Below, piece by piece: positions 26,001 through 37,364 of a stretch of 64,000 nucleotides of DNA. The DNA lies in contig NW_015163751.1 in assembly GCF_001447785.1 (NCBI RefSeq), positions 1 to 64,000 on the forward strand, in the 5' to 3' direction. The position numbers and the translations under genes were made by a program. Every line of letters starts with the position of its first letter. Position 1 is the stretch's first letter. The notes below the pieces were generated by a model. That model saw only the letters and a list, made by a program, of their open reading frames with translations, had not been told where the DNA came from and did not search any database. The stretch comes from Gekko japonicus (Eukaryota).

Positions 26001-29000
26001 CCCTGTTTCTCTTGTCCAGAGGGAAAAGATGTGTTTGGTGGATGGTGATAACTCAGGTGCTGAAAGTCAACATTTAAAGATGAGAAGGTCTGGCTTACCA
26101 CCCCCTATACTGTCTTCACTAGGGTTGCCAAGATTGAGACTAGACGACTGTGAGGCACTGCGCATTGCTGTCCCCTGTATTGTGTCTTCACCAAGGGTTG
26201 CCAATGGACCTTGAGAACAATGGCTTATCCTTTAATAGAAACTGAATAGGGCTGCCCTTTATCTTTTACCCCTATATTCATTTTACTGGGCAAGGGATCA
26301 GACTAGGATATCTATGGCCAACCCCCCCCCCAAGGAATTTTAGTTCCCCTAACCCTTTTTCTCTTGTCCAGAGAGAAAATATGTGTTTGGTGGATGGTGA
26401 TAACTCAGGTGCTGAAAGTCAACATTTAAAGATGAGAAGGTCTGGCTTACCATCCCCTATACTGTCTTCACTAGGGTTGCCAAGTTTGAGACTAGACTAC
26501 TGTGAGGCACTGCACATTGCTGTCCCCTGTACTGTGTCTTCCCCAAGGGTTGCCAATGGCCCTTGAGAACAATGGCTTGTCCTTTAATAGAAACTGAGTA
26601 GCAGCATGGATTGTGGGCATTATTCATATCCATATCATTAAAAAATCCTTCTCTTAATGCACATCAGGCTGTAAAGGGAGGAGGCCAAACCATTTCTGAT
26701 CAGTTGGCAACCCTGCTTATTGTGCATTATTTTTGCAGGGGGCTGTGATTGCAATGACCAAAGCCCTGGCCATTGATGAGAGCAAATATGGAATACGAGT
26801 CAACAGGTAAGTGAACCCTCGATGCACAGCGTCCTCTGCAGAATACTCACAGGACAGAAAGACAGGTCCTCCATACCCCAAGGACAGGAGCCTTCAGAGA
26901 TAATAGAGGGAGAACATAATAATAACAACAGGAAACTGGCATTGTAAGAGTCTAATATCCAGACAAGTGGGCTCGGTTATGTTTTCTGGAGAAGGTATAA
27001 GTGGTGCAAAGTCCCCATATTTGTTTTCCCTTTCCAATGTTGTTACCCAAGAGCACAGAAACGCCAAAAAAATAGACTAGGCACAAAATAGGATATCTTC
27101 TAGAATGCAAACATAGGAAATGAATGACGCGTCAGGTCAAATCTATCAGCCCTTGTGTGTTCTAATTTGTTATTTGTACATGAGGTGTAACTGGGCCCTT
27201 ATATATACTTTTAAAATCTTTGTTTAATAAATACATGTATCTTTTTAATAAATTTCATATATTAAGCTTTTATTGTTGGCCCTCTTTTGCATTTGACTAG
27301 CCTTTTTTATATCCAAGTTCGAGACCCGAGTGTGCCGCATGACGGAGTGAGCTCCCGTCTCTAGTTCCAGCTCCTGCCAACCTAGCAGTTCGAAAGCAAG
27401 AAACTGCAAGTAGATAAATAGGTACCACTTCGGTGGGAAGGTAACAGCATTCCGTGTGCCTTGGTGCTTAGTCATGCTGGCCACATGACCACGGAAACGT
27501 CTTCAGACAGCGCTGGCTCTTCGGCTTTGAAACGGAGATGAGCACCACAACCCTAGAGTCGGATTTGACTGGCTTTCGAGCAAGGGAACCTTTACCTTTA
27601 CCTTTAGCCTTTTTTAGGTTCTAGACACCACTAGGGTGGCCAGCTCTGGGTTGGGAAGTACCTGGAGATTTTGGGGGTGGAGCCTGGGGAGGGGAGGGAC
27701 CTCAGGAGGGTCCACCCACCAAAGCAGCCATTTTCTGCAGAGGAACTGATCCTGGTCATCTGAAGATGAAGTGTAACAGTGGGAGATCTCCAGGTGCCGC
27801 CTTGGACACTGGCCACCCTGGATACCACCAAAGCAACAAAACGAGTGTGCCTGCAGACAGAGAAGGTGGAGGGGTGTCTCCATACTAGCAGGTCTCCCCC
27901 AGGTGTACAGGGAAGTACAGCCTTTTCAGCTAACTAGAATCAAAATAAGAGACTGAGGAATAAATCCAGCTTCAAAGAGAACTGAGTCTTCTCCAGGAAG
28001 CCCAGAATGTAAAGAGCAGCTTAGAGTCAGCTAAAGGTGGGAAATGGGGTGAGGGGAGAAGACATCAACCTGCTTAAGTCCTCCCTGTAAGAGCTTACGG
28101 AATCCTGGAGGAGATTTGGTGACAGAGGTAATACTTTGAAGTTCTACAACCCCCTCGCCCTGCCACTGATTTCTTGCAGGGCCTCAGCGTGTGCAACTAT
28201 CCCTCAGGTCCTGTTCCGTCTGGCGCTGAGCACAGGTCCTTTTAAAAGCGGATTTAAAAATTGATGTTCACTACTGCTTTTTCTTGTGCTGTGAACAAAC
28301 AATTCCTTTCCCTGAAATCTTGGAGGTTGCATTTCGTGCTGTATTTTCCCTGGAATGTATAAATGAATAGTCATGAATAGTCACGCCAAGGATTGCGGGA
28401 TGATCCATTTTATATAGTGTGTTAAACTCTATGATTGTCATGGAAGTTGATATCATTCACTTGGGGACATATTTCTTGATGCTTCATGGTATCCCTGCCC
28501 CCTTTTTAATGTCCAAATGTTTTGAATCCTAGCATCTCATCAAATTATATCTGGACTGATTTTACGAAAAGTTATATAAACCAGTCACCGGATCCAGAGG
28601 CAGCAATGCAGGAAGCCAAGGATAGTCAGGCAAGTGTGTTGTTGGGAAACAGGAGTGGCGCTGCTGCAGATAACGGCTTCTCCTCAAGGTGGCCATCCTC
28701 GGGGCGAGGCCTGAAGTTCTCCCAAAAGGACAACTCTTTCTTTTATGAAGTTGGAGAACTTCCGGCCAACCTTCCATGCTTGGGCAAGGTGTTTGCGTGG
28801 GTTGTGGCTTCTCAGCTTCAAGGGCTCTTGGAAGACGCTGATTTTTCTAGACTCATTTCAAACTGGCTTCAGGCCAGGATTTGAAACAGAGACTGCTTTG
28901 GTCGCCTTGGCTGATGAGCTCTACTGAGAAACAGACAAGTGGAATGTGACCCTGCCAATCCTGCTGGATCACTCAGCAGCCTTCAATACTATCAACCATA

Positions 29001-30800
29001 GTACCCTACTGAGTTGCCTGTCAGCACTAAGACTAAGGGAGCCTGTATTGTGGGAGTTCTAGTCCTATTTTGTCAGTCTCAGAAGGTAGTGCTGGAGGAT
29101 TCCTACTCTGTCCTGTGGCCATTGGACTGTGGGGTTCCTCAGGGTTTGATCGTACCCCCCATGCTGTTTAATATCTATGTGAAACTACTGGGAAAAGTAA
29201 TAATCAAGTCTGAGCTGCGGTGTCACCAATATGCGGATGATATCCAGCTCTGCCCCCCCCCCCCGTTCTGAAGATGCTGTTGATCTTCTGAACTGGTTCT
29301 TGGAATCCATAATGGGCTGGACGAGGGTGAACAAGCTGGAACGACAAGACAGAGGTTCTCCGGGTTAGTAGAAAGGTAGACCAGAACCTTTGGATTCCTC
29401 CTGTCTTGGAGGGGGTTATACTCTCCTTGAAAAGCCAGGTTCACAGCTTGGGAGTGCTACTCGACACAGCAGCTACCTTTGAAAACCAGACGGCTACAGT
29501 GGCTCAGAGTGCTTTTTCCCAGCTTCAGCTGGTGCATTAGCTGCATCCATTCCAGTTCAATCAGATCTTACCCACCGTGCTGCATGCCTTAGTTACACGC
29601 AGACTGGGCTATTGCATTGCACTCTGCTTGGGGCTACCCTTGAAGAGGGCTCAGAAGCTGCAGCTGGTGCAGAATAAAGCGGCTGGACTGCTGGTTGGGA
29701 ATAGCAATTTGGAGCATGTCTCCCCAATACTACAGCATTTACAATCTATCAATCCACTCCCAAGCCCAATTCAAAGTGTTGTTTTCAACCTTCAAAGCTT
29801 GGACTGGAGAATCTTCTTCCATATGTTCCTGCCGGGGAATTAAGGTCACAAGGAGAGCCTCTCCTTTCTTTCCGATCAATCATAGGAACTTCTTTGGTGG
29901 GTATACAAGACAGGGCCTTTTCAGTGGCAGCCCCACAATTCTAGAACAAACGTCTCCCCAGGGAGGCATGCCTGCCCCCCCCCGGATCTTTAGGAAGTAG
30001 TTGAAGACAGCTTTATTTAGGATTGCATTTGATTATGTTGCTTGCAATCCTAAATTGTGATTTTTGATTTTTTTTGGGGGGGGGTATTTCATGTATTCTA
30101 TATTGTGTATTTTACCTTTATCATAAGCCATCGAGCACTGAAAGGAAGAACGGTGGCTAATAAATGTTTTAAATAAATTAATATTCTGTAGGAAACAGTG
30201 CCCAGGTGAAAACAGCAGCCCTGGTGGGTAGTAGGAGAACCAGAAGTCCTAGAGTGGCTGCAGGGGGTGGATGCTGGTAGACTTCAGCTTCTCCTGTATA
30301 GGAAGAAGCATCTCTGCTGGGCTCCCTCCCCTCCCCAAACGTTGCCCTCCCCGGGCACTGCTTCTTCTACATCTGTTAAGCTGGAATGGACAACTCAACT
30401 TCTTCATCTTCTAAGATGGTAACAAGAAGAAGGGTTGTGTATACACAAATTGGAAGTTAGAATTCTGCCCCCAGGAATTCTGAATTCTACTGGTAGTGAA
30501 CCCTGTCCCACTCAGCTTCAGCTTCTGAGACCACATGATCTTACCTTGCATGTGATGAGTATCGAATTCTACATTTATCTCTCTTCTCTTGCACACTTAC
30601 AGCTTATGGGACGTTTCGGTTCCCCAGAGGAAGTGGCCTTGGCTGCCCTGTACCTTGCTGCAGATGGTACTTTCTGCACTGGTTTAAACCTTGTCCTCAC
30701 TGGCGGAGCTGACATCGGCTTTGGGAAGAAGAACCAGGGGAATCCAGAGCATGAGCCAAGTGGGGGTAGGAACTCACAGGGTTCCTCCAGCAAAGAATAG
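13959..30800 (+). CDS. HSD17B14: HSD17B14-like SDR, copy B, complete 9-exon gene, 285 aa (join 13959-14046,15086-15130,18713-18813,18916-18982,22652-22740,23570-23674,26739-26806,28533-28629,30603-30800)
   Basis: Exons sum to 858 nt with consistent phases. MATCLRYPGKVVIVTGGTRGIG (Rossmann TGxxxGxG), CDVR, LDCLVNNVG, YALPYLR, TKALAIDESKYG, FCTG..GGADIGFG. AATAAA at 30820-30825. Confidence 0.92.
15086..15130 (+). CDS. HSD17B14: copy B exon 2
   Basis: tccAG|tt cgc ... gaa g|GTgaga; 45 bp; VRQGAKVVFCSRASE. Confidence 0.88.
15193..15722. mobile_element. PIF/Harbinger-type MITE (530 bp)
   Basis: TIR ggctgcggtcacac/gtgtgactgcagcc; 3-bp TSD tat. Confidence 0.8.
16241..16446. mobile_element. 206-bp hAT MITE (same family as 6654-6859)
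   Basis: TIRs plus 8-bp TSD gtgttgtt. Confidence 0.9.
17158..17533. mobile_element. hAT-like non-autonomous element(s) with cattagcatattaggccacaccc repeats
   Basis: cagggctttt...aaatagccctg ends; same family as 2918-3591, opposite orientation. Confidence 0.65.
18055..18338. mobile_element. nearly perfect palindromic MITE (Harbinger-like)
   Basis: the whole element folds back (ggtgatttcccacaag...cttgtgggaaatcacc); 3-bp aga flanks. Confidence 0.75.
18713..18813 (+). CDS. HSD17B14: copy B exon 3
   Basis: tgcAG|cg aaa ... att aag|GTaggc; 101 bp; KKGQAIQREVQTSGCPGDAFYQVCDVRKESDIK. Confidence 0.88.
18916..18982 (+). CDS. HSD17B14: copy B exon 4
   Basis: tgcAG|agg ... act g|GTgagt; 67 bp; RLILVTVEHYGCLDCLVNNVGT. 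Confidence 0.9.
21360..21950. mobile_element. Helitron-like non-autonomous element(s) with an inverted duplication
   Basis: 46-bp inverted arms at 21360-21620 containing a cgcaac..gttgcg hairpin next to cttgt; TC-tatata end and hairpin at 21890-21950. Confidence 0.4.
21958..22111 (+). mobile_element. Sauria SINE 3' part
   Basis: gtcatgctggccacatgacc...gaaacggagatgagcacc...(accttt)n tail. Confidence 0.75.
22244..22480 (-). mobile_element. L2-clade LINE RT fragment
   Basis: PQGLILSSMLFNIYMCPL...GCHQ. Confidence 0.7.
22652..22740 (+). CDS. HSD17B14: copy B exon 5
   Basis: aacAG|tt cat ... tcc aag|GTgagt; 89 bp; HNEPIDDVSAQDFRNLMELNAVSVFLASK. Confidence 0.88.
22765..23047 (+). mobile_element. 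Squam3-like SINE
   Basis: near-identical to 1349-1625, with (ctt)n tail. Confidence 0.82.
23308..23500. mobile_element. degraded copy of the 206-bp hAT MITE
   Basis: internal homology to 6654-6859; absent at the equivalent site of copy C. Confidence 0.75.
23570..23674 (+). CDS. HSD17B14: copy B exon 6 (active-site exon)
   Basis: tacAG|tat ... aag|GTaatc; 105 bp; YALPYLRETRGNIINMASMAGVIGVKHGVLSASSK. Confidence 0.9.
24085..24505. repeat. AT-rich tandem duplication (about 215-bp unit)
   Basis: cacaaacatt..aactagcattttccatt..cagccagtc occurs twice. Confidence 0.6.
25050..25560 (-). mobile_element. degraded Penelope-like RT fragment
   Basis: GTSCPLA, IIDLFIG and ITSLYKK-like motifs in the order expected for Penelope RT, broken by frameshifts. 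Confidence 0.4.
25997..26600 (+). repeat. local direct duplication (about 250 bp) in copy B intron 6
   Basis: 25997-26250 is nearly identical to 26352-26600. Confidence 0.8.
26739..26806 (+). CDS. HSD17B14: copy B exon 7
   Basis: tgcAG|ggg gct ... aac ag|GTaagt; 68 bp; GAVIAMTKALAIDESKYGIRVN. Confidence 0.9.
27315..27606 (+). mobile_element. Sauria SINE (5' truncated)
   Basis: gagtgagctcccgt...caacctagcagttcgaaagc...aagtagataaataggtacc...(accttt)3. Confidence 0.8.
28533..28629 (+). CDS. HSD17B14: copy B exon 8a
   Basis: cctAG|c atc ... agt cag|GCaagt; 97 bp; ISSNYIWTDFTKSYINQSPDPEAAMQEAKDSQ. Confidence 0.87.
28780..30180 (+). mobile_element. L2-clade LINE (RT plus 3' end) in intron 8a
   Basis: FQTGFRPGFETETALV, GVPQG..LFNIYV, HQYADDIQL, LQLVQNKAA. 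Confidence 0.85.
30603..30800 (+). CDS. HSD17B14: copy B exon 9a (terminal)
   Basis: tacAG|ctt atg; LMGRFGSPEEVALAALYLAADGTFCTGLNLVLTGGADIGFGKKNQGNPEHEPSGGRNSQGSSSKE*. Confidence 0.9.
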   Translation, partial: LMGRFGSPEEVALAALYLAADGTFCTGLNLVLTGGADIGFGKKNQGNPEHEPSGGRNSQGSSSKE

Positions 30801-32146
30801 GACTGAAAATAGGAGAGGAAATAAAAGCTAAGAATACAGCTGGCATTGGCTGATTCTGCAATGACTTTTCCCTCTCTTGTTTTACGAAATCCACGTTGGA
30901 ACAGGAATTCCCATCTGCATTGCATGCTGCTTTCAGTTCCTTTGATCATCAGATTTTATGGTACCCTAAACACTCCATGCCACTTTCACTTTCTTTGATC
31001 ATCGGGTTTTATGGTACCTTCTGCATAGATTTATGGCCATTCAGGGGTGACTTTGCAGTCAGTAGAGCATTGCCCCGAGGTATTCGAATGTGGTTTTGAG
31101 CTGCACTTTCCCCTCCCAGTTGAGAAAATGTGGAGTGAGTGCTAGATGCAGAATCGTCCAAAGATGGAAAGTCATCCTTCCAAGAAGAAGAGCTCCACAA
31201 AGGTGTTGTAGCCAAAGAAAACAAAGCAAGAGACATTTAGCATTGGACTAGGTGGACTACTCAGCAATGAAACTCACTGGAGGCCCTTGGGCCAATCACA
31301 GATACACAACCTAAGGCTGCCACACAGGATGTTGTGAGCAGAAAGAGGTTTCTTCTTTTCAAACTGGTCTTTCACTGATTACTTAAGTATTGGTTTCATT
31401 CACATCAGATATCGGGGGGGGGGTCATGCCACTTCCACGCCATGGACAGCTCCAACTGCCCATTTCCACACCTGAAGCCTCTATACAAAACTGGTGAACC
31501 TGCAGATACAGAAGGTGTGTGGGGGGTGTCTCCATACTAGTGCATCTCCCCCAAGTGTGCAGGAAAGCACCGCTCTGTCAAGTAACTAGAAGAAAATTAA
31601 GAGATGGAGGGGAAAAGACAGCTTGAAAGAGAACCGAATCTGCTCTAGGAAGCCCAGAATGTAAAGAGCAGCTTAGTTAAAGGAGAAAAATGGGGTGGGA
31701 AGGAGAAGATATCAGCCTGCTTAAGTCCTCCCCCTAAGAACTTAGAGAATCATGGAGGAGGAGATTTGGTGACAAAGATATTACTTTGAAGTTCTACAAC
31801 CCCCTCTCCCTTCCAGTGATTCCTTGCAGGGCCTCAGCTTGTGCAACTATCCCTCAGGTCCTTTTAAAAACGGATTTTAAAATGGATGTTTGCTACTGCT
31901 TTTTCTTGTGCTGTGAACAAACAACTCCTTTCCCTGAAATCTTGGAGGCTGCATTTCGTGCTGTATTTTCTTTGGAATGTATAAATGAATAGTCATGAAT
32001 AGTCATGCCAAGGATTGTGGGATGAATCATTTTATATAGTGTGCTAAACTCTATGACTGTCATGGAAGTTGATATCATTCAGGGGCCATATTTCTTGATG
32101 CTTCATGGTATCCCCCTTTTTAATGTCCAAATGTTTTGAATCCTAG

Positions 32147-32243
32147 CATCTCACCATGTTATATCTGGACTGATTTTACGAAAAGTTATATAAACCAGTC
32201 ACCGAATCCAGAGGCAGCAATGCAGGAAGCCAAGGATAGTCAG
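32147..32243 (+). CDS. HSD17B14: duplicated exon 8b (alternative cassette of copy B, or remnant of another copy)
   Basis: cctAG|c atc tca cca ... cag|GCaagt; 97 bp, intact; ISPCYIWTDFTKSYINQSPNPEAAMQEAKDSQ; no exons 1-7 were found between 9a and 8b. Confidence 0.7.
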
Positions 32244-32389
32244 GCAAGTGTGTTGTGGGGAAACAGGAGTGGTGCTGCTGCAGATGACGGGTTCTCCTCA
32301 AGGTGGCCATCCTTGGGGCGAGGCCCGAAGTTCTCCCAAAAGGACAACTCCTTCTTTTATGAAGTTGGAGAACTTCCAGCCAACCTTCC

Positions 32390-33800
32390 ATGCTTGGGCA
32401 AGGTGTTTGGGCGGGTTGTGGCTTCTCAGCTCCAGGGGCTCTTGGAAGATGCTGATTTTCTAGACTCAATTCAAACTGGCCTCAGGCCAGGATTTGGAAC
32501 AGAGACTGTTGGGTCCTCTTGGTTAATGAGCTCTACTGAGAAACAGACAGATGGAATGTGACCCTCCTAAGCAGCCTTCAATATTATCAACCATAGTATC
32601 CTACTGAGCTGCCTCTCAGCACTAAGTCTAAGGGAGCCTGTATTGTGGGAGTTCTAGTCCTATTTCTGAGGGGGGTGTGTGTCAGTCTCAGAAGATGGTA
32701 CTGGAGGATTCCTACTCTGTCCTGTGACCGTTGGACTGTGGGGTTCTGCAGGGTTTGATTGTACCCCCCATGCTGTTTAATATCTATGTGAAACTACTGG
32801 GAAAGGTAGTCATCAAGTCTGAGCTGCAGTGTCACCAATATGTGGATGGTACCCAGTTCTGCCTTTCTTTCTCACTTCATTCTGGAGATGCTGTTGATGT
32901 TCTGAACGGGTGCTTGGAACCCATAATAGGCTGGATGAGGGTGAAGAAGCTGGAACTTAATCCTGACAAGGCAAAAGTTCTGTGAGTTAGTAGAAAGGTC
33001 AACTAGAACCTTAGGATTCCTCCTCTCTTGGAGGGGGGTTATACTCTTAAAAGTCAGGTACACAGCTTGGGAGTGCTACTCAACATAGCAGTTACCTTGA
33101 AAACCAGACGGCTACGGTGGTTCAGAGTGCTTTCCCCCAGCTTCGGTTGGTGCATTAGCTGCATGTGTTCCTGGTTCAATCAGATCTTACCCACCGTGCT
33201 GCATGCCTTAGTTACATGTAGACTGGGCTATTGCATTGTGCTCTGCTTGGGGCTACCCTTGAAGAGGGCTCAGAAACTGCAGCTAGTGCAGAACAAAGCA
33301 GCTAGACTGCTGGTTGGAACCAGCAATCTGGAGTATGTCGCCCTAATACTACAGCAGTTACAATCTATCAGTCCACTCCCAAGCCCAACTCAAAGTGTTG
33401 TTTTCAGCCTTCGAAGCCCTCCTGGCCTGGGACTGGAGAATCTTCTTCCATATGTTCCTGCCTGGGAATTAAGGTCACAAGGAGAGGCTCTCCTTACTGT
33501 CCCACCAATCAAAGGAGTTCCTTTGGTGGGTACACAAGAGAGGGCCTTTTCAGTGGCAGCCCCACAGTTCTAGAACAACCTCCTCCCCAGGGAGGTGTGC
33601 CAGGCCCCCTCCCTTTAGATCTTTAGGATGTAGTTGAAGACAGCTTTATTTAGGATTGCATTTGATTATGTTGCTTGCAGTCCTAAATTGTGATTTTTTT
33701 TATTTTGTATTTTATGTATTCTATAATGTATTTTACCTTTATCATAAGCCATCAAGCACTGAAAGGAAGAATGGTGGCTAATAAATGTTTTAAATAAATG
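32390..33800 (+). mobile_element. L2-clade LINE, duplicated copy in intron 8b
   Basis: same motifs and insertion position as 28780-30180. Confidence 0.85.
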
Positions 33801-34217
33801 AATATTCTGTAGGCGACAGTGCCCAGGTGAAAACAGCAGCCCTGGAGGGTAGGATAAAGAGAAGTCCTAGAGTGGCTGCAGAGGGTGGATGCTGGTAGAC
33901 TTCAGCTTCTCCTGTATAAGAAGAAGCATCTCTGCTGGACTCCCTCCCCTGACCACACTTTGCCCTCTCTGGGCACTGCTTCTGTGTCTCCCATGCTGGA
34001 ATGGGCAACCCAACTTCTTCATCTTCTAAGAAGGTAACAAGAAGAAGGGCTGTGTCTACACAAATTGGAAGTTAGAATCCTGCCCCCAGGGAGTCTGAAT
34101 TCTACTGGTAGTAAACCCTGCCCCACTCAGCTTCAGCTTCTGAGACCTCAGGATCTTACCTTGCATGCGATGAGTATAGAATTCTACATTTATCTCTCTT
34201 GTTTTGCGCATTTACAG

Positions 34218-34415
34218 CTTATCCGACATTTTGGGACCCCGGAAGAAATAGCATTGGCTGCCCTGTTCCTTGCCGCAGATGGTACTTTCTGCACTGGTTT
34301 AGACCTTATGATTAGTGGTGGAGCTGAAGTCGGCTTTGGGAAGAAGAAGCAGGTGGATCCGGAGCCTGAGCCAAGTGGGGGTGGGAACTCACAGGGTTCC
34401 TCCAGCAAGCAATAG
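34218..34415 (+). CDS. HSD17B14: duplicated terminal exon 9b
   Basis: tacAG|ctt atc; LIRHFGTPEEIALAALFLAADGTFCTGLDLMISGGAEVGFGKKKQVDPEPEPSGGGNSQGSSSKQ*; AATAAA at 34435-34440. Confidence 0.7.
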   Translation, partial: LIRHFGTPEEIALAALFLAADGTFCTGLDLMISGGAEVGFGKKKQVDPEPEPSGGGNSQGSSSKQ

Positions 34416-35984
34416 AACTAAAAAGGGGAGAGGAAATAAAAGCTAAGAATACAAGTGTCTGATTCAAAGTCATCCCTCCAAGAAGAAGAGCTCCACAGAG
34501 GTGTTGTAGAAAAGCAAAAAAAAAAAAAAAGCAAGAAAGCAAGAGACCTTTAGTGTGTGGAGTAGGACAATTCAGTAATGAAACTTACTGGAGGCCCTTG
34601 AGCCAATCACAAATACACAACCTGAGCTGCCACACGGGATGTTGTGAGCAGAAAGGGGAGACCCATGTGTGTCACCTGCAGGGTTTTTATTTTTAGAGAA
34701 GGCAGAATTTATTTACTTATTTTTATTTGATTTGTTTTTCATCTTGCCCTACCCTGCAAGCTGGCTCAAGGCATGTTACAACATACAAGATACTGAACAA
34801 AAAAAAAAAATTAAAACCCTAGAAGCAACTATTTCAAAAGTCTGACTCAGTCACAAGATGGCAATTTGAAAAACTTGCGTTGTCCGAGTACATAGAGGTA
34901 TGAATGGTCCAGGTTCTCAGAGTGGTAGGACCGTCACAGAGGGCTGATTAATCAGGAGGGGGACCTTAAAGTCCCTTTAAGACACACCCATCCAGATGGG
35001 CCACACTGATAAAAAAGACTCGTGTTCTGTATTCATGTGGGTAGGGTTGCGACTTTTCAAACTGGCCTCTTGCTGGTTTCTTTAGTATCCATTTGATCCA
35101 CATCAAATATCGGGGGGTATCATTCACTTCCATGCCATGGAAAGCTTCTGCTGCCCATTTCCACACATGAAGCCTCTATTAGAGGGACAGGACATTCTTC
35201 CCCAGGTCTGTTGGCCACCGTGCTTACTGGGTTTCCAGGCCTGTAACATCTGAGGGGCAACGAGAAATTCAACACATCCACCTGTCCTGGAATGAAAGAT
35301 GGCAGATCCATCTTGGATTCATGCACCTCGGACTCTGATAGTGTAAGCAAGAGCTAAGCCCTGGAATGTATCTTCTCTATTCAGGCTTTGGTTGGTCATA
35401 TGAATTTGCTCCAGGACAGCGAGACCAGGAAATGGTGGAACTTCATTAAGCGTTTTCTGTCGATGTTTTCTCTTCCTGTTGACTGACAACTGTGCCTTTT
35501 CTGATCCCAATAAAGAAACAGTTCAAGGAAAAGAGATGCCATAGTTGTGTTGTTGCTGTTTGGCTTTAATAGATGAAAATGAGTTTGCATCAGGAGCTAC
35601 CCTTCCTAGTTAAGCTGGGTTTGATGTGCTCTCCCTGGCCTTCCATCTTCCTTTCCCCACACCTCCAAGCTCTCTGCCTGGATTTGTTTCCTTCTCCCCC
35701 TCAGTTCCCTTTTTGTTTGTTTATAAGCAAATTGTGCTTTCTTCCTGATGATGGAGAAGCGAAAGCAGGGCTTCTGATGAGAGGGGTGGTGGTGGTGGTG
35801 GAGTAGATCTCCTCATCCCGAGATACCACCCAGCAATTCAATGGTTGAATCAAGGGTAAAAAAGTCACCCAGCTTTTTCAGGTGCCATCATCAAAATAAG
35901 CTATTAAGAAAGTGCAACATCACAAAACAGGGGAAAGCAACTGCCCACTAAGCTGGACAATGTATGGGAAGGTCTTTCAGAAAA

Positions 35985-36174
35985 CCTTGGGCAAGCTGTA
36001 GTTCTGATAAGAGCTGTTCTTGAAAAAGAGCAGTTTCTGTCAAGCACTCTCTCAGCCTCACCTACCTCACAGGGTGTCTGTTGTAGGGAGGGGAAGGGAA
36101 AGGAGTTTGTAAGCCACTCTGAGACTCCGAGTGAAGGGCGGGGTATAAATCCAATCTCTTCTTCTTCTTCTTCA
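35985..36174 (+). mobile_element. 5'-truncated Squam3-like SINE
   Basis: ccttgggcaagc...gggcggggtataaatccaatc(tct)n. Confidence 0.75.
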
Positions 36175-37174
36175 GATACAGTTACATAAAGGAAACACAT
36201 ACACCAAGATGCAAGCAAATTCAATGACTACTTGCAAGAAAACGTGAAAGAGAACATGACAAAAGAGCAGAATGACAATTGGGTCGATGTCAGCATATGC
36301 TCTGGTGGGCCACCACTGGGCCCATGGTTTCTGGCAGGGCCCACTGCTGCTGACTGGCACCCCCTGTTCACTCACTGCCCAGTGCTGCAGCACTCACCGC
36401 CCAGTGCTGCAGCACCCATGGTCCCTCCTGCCCGTGTGCCACTGGGGAAAGATCTGAAGGTAGCTGTGAGCAGGGATGGTGTGACGGATTGTGAGCAGAT
36501 AGGGCAAGGATACACAGCAGGTGGGAGGCATACAGGTGGGTGGAAGGTCCTAAGTGCTTGGTAGTGGGCAGAGGAAGGGAGGGGGCCCTGGGAGCTGTTT
36601 GTCAAGGACCCCCAAACACCTGGAACTGGCCCTGAGTGACATCAGTGAGCCCTGCCAGGGCCAGGGAAATGGCAGCCAGGTACTGTGTGAATTTAGGAGG
36701 GGAAAGAACAGGGATTCGCCCCATACAGAAAAAAAATGTACAACATGACCAGAAGGATAAGAATAGGTGGGAGTGCATATTACAGAGGCTATTCCAGACC
36801 TGGGGAAGCACCTTTCTTTATGTAATTTATTCCAGTTTCTTGCATGCAGAACTAAAATGTAATGCTTCCCATTTCCGAGACTAAGCATTCCTTCNNNNNN
36901 NNNNNNNNNNNNNNNNNNNNNNNNNNNNNNNNNNNNNNNNNNNNNNNNNNNNNNNNNNNNNNNNNNNNNNNNNNNNNNNNNNNNNNNNNNNNNNNNNNNN
37001 NNNNNNNNNNNNNNNNNNNNNNNNNNNNNNNNNNNNNNNNNNNNNNNNNNNNNNNNNNNNNNNNNNNNNNNNNNNNNNNNNNNNNNNNNNNNNNNNNNNN
37101 NCCTCCTCCTCCTCCTCCTCCTCCTCCTCTCACTGTGGTTAATCTTACTTGTGATCCAGGCACTATTCTGCACT

Positions 37175-37364
37175 CAAGTAAGAGTTGTGCAACAGTGGAA
37201 TCAACTGCCTAGGGAGGTGGTGAGCTCCCCCACACTGGCAGTCTTTAAGCAGTGGCTGGACAAACACTTGTCAGAGATGCTCCAGGCTGACCCTGCATTG
37301 AGAGGGGGTTGGACTAGATGGCCTGTACGGCCCTTTCCAACTCTGTGATTCTATGATTCTATGA
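37175..37364 (+). mobile_element. CR1 3' end
   Basis: QQWNQLPREVV...; ends attctatgattctatga. Confidence 0.8.

Larger units (their letters stand above)
27850..35180 (+). repeat. about 3.6-kb tandem segmental duplication carrying exon 8, intron 8, exon 9 and 3' flank
   Basis: unit 1 about 27850-31485 and unit 2 about 31499-35180 are collinear, including the L2 insertion. Confidence 0.85.

Noticed and set aside
36550-37212. Long ORFs around 36.5-37.2 kb
   Set aside because: Artefacts of the N-gap and the (CCT)n repeat.
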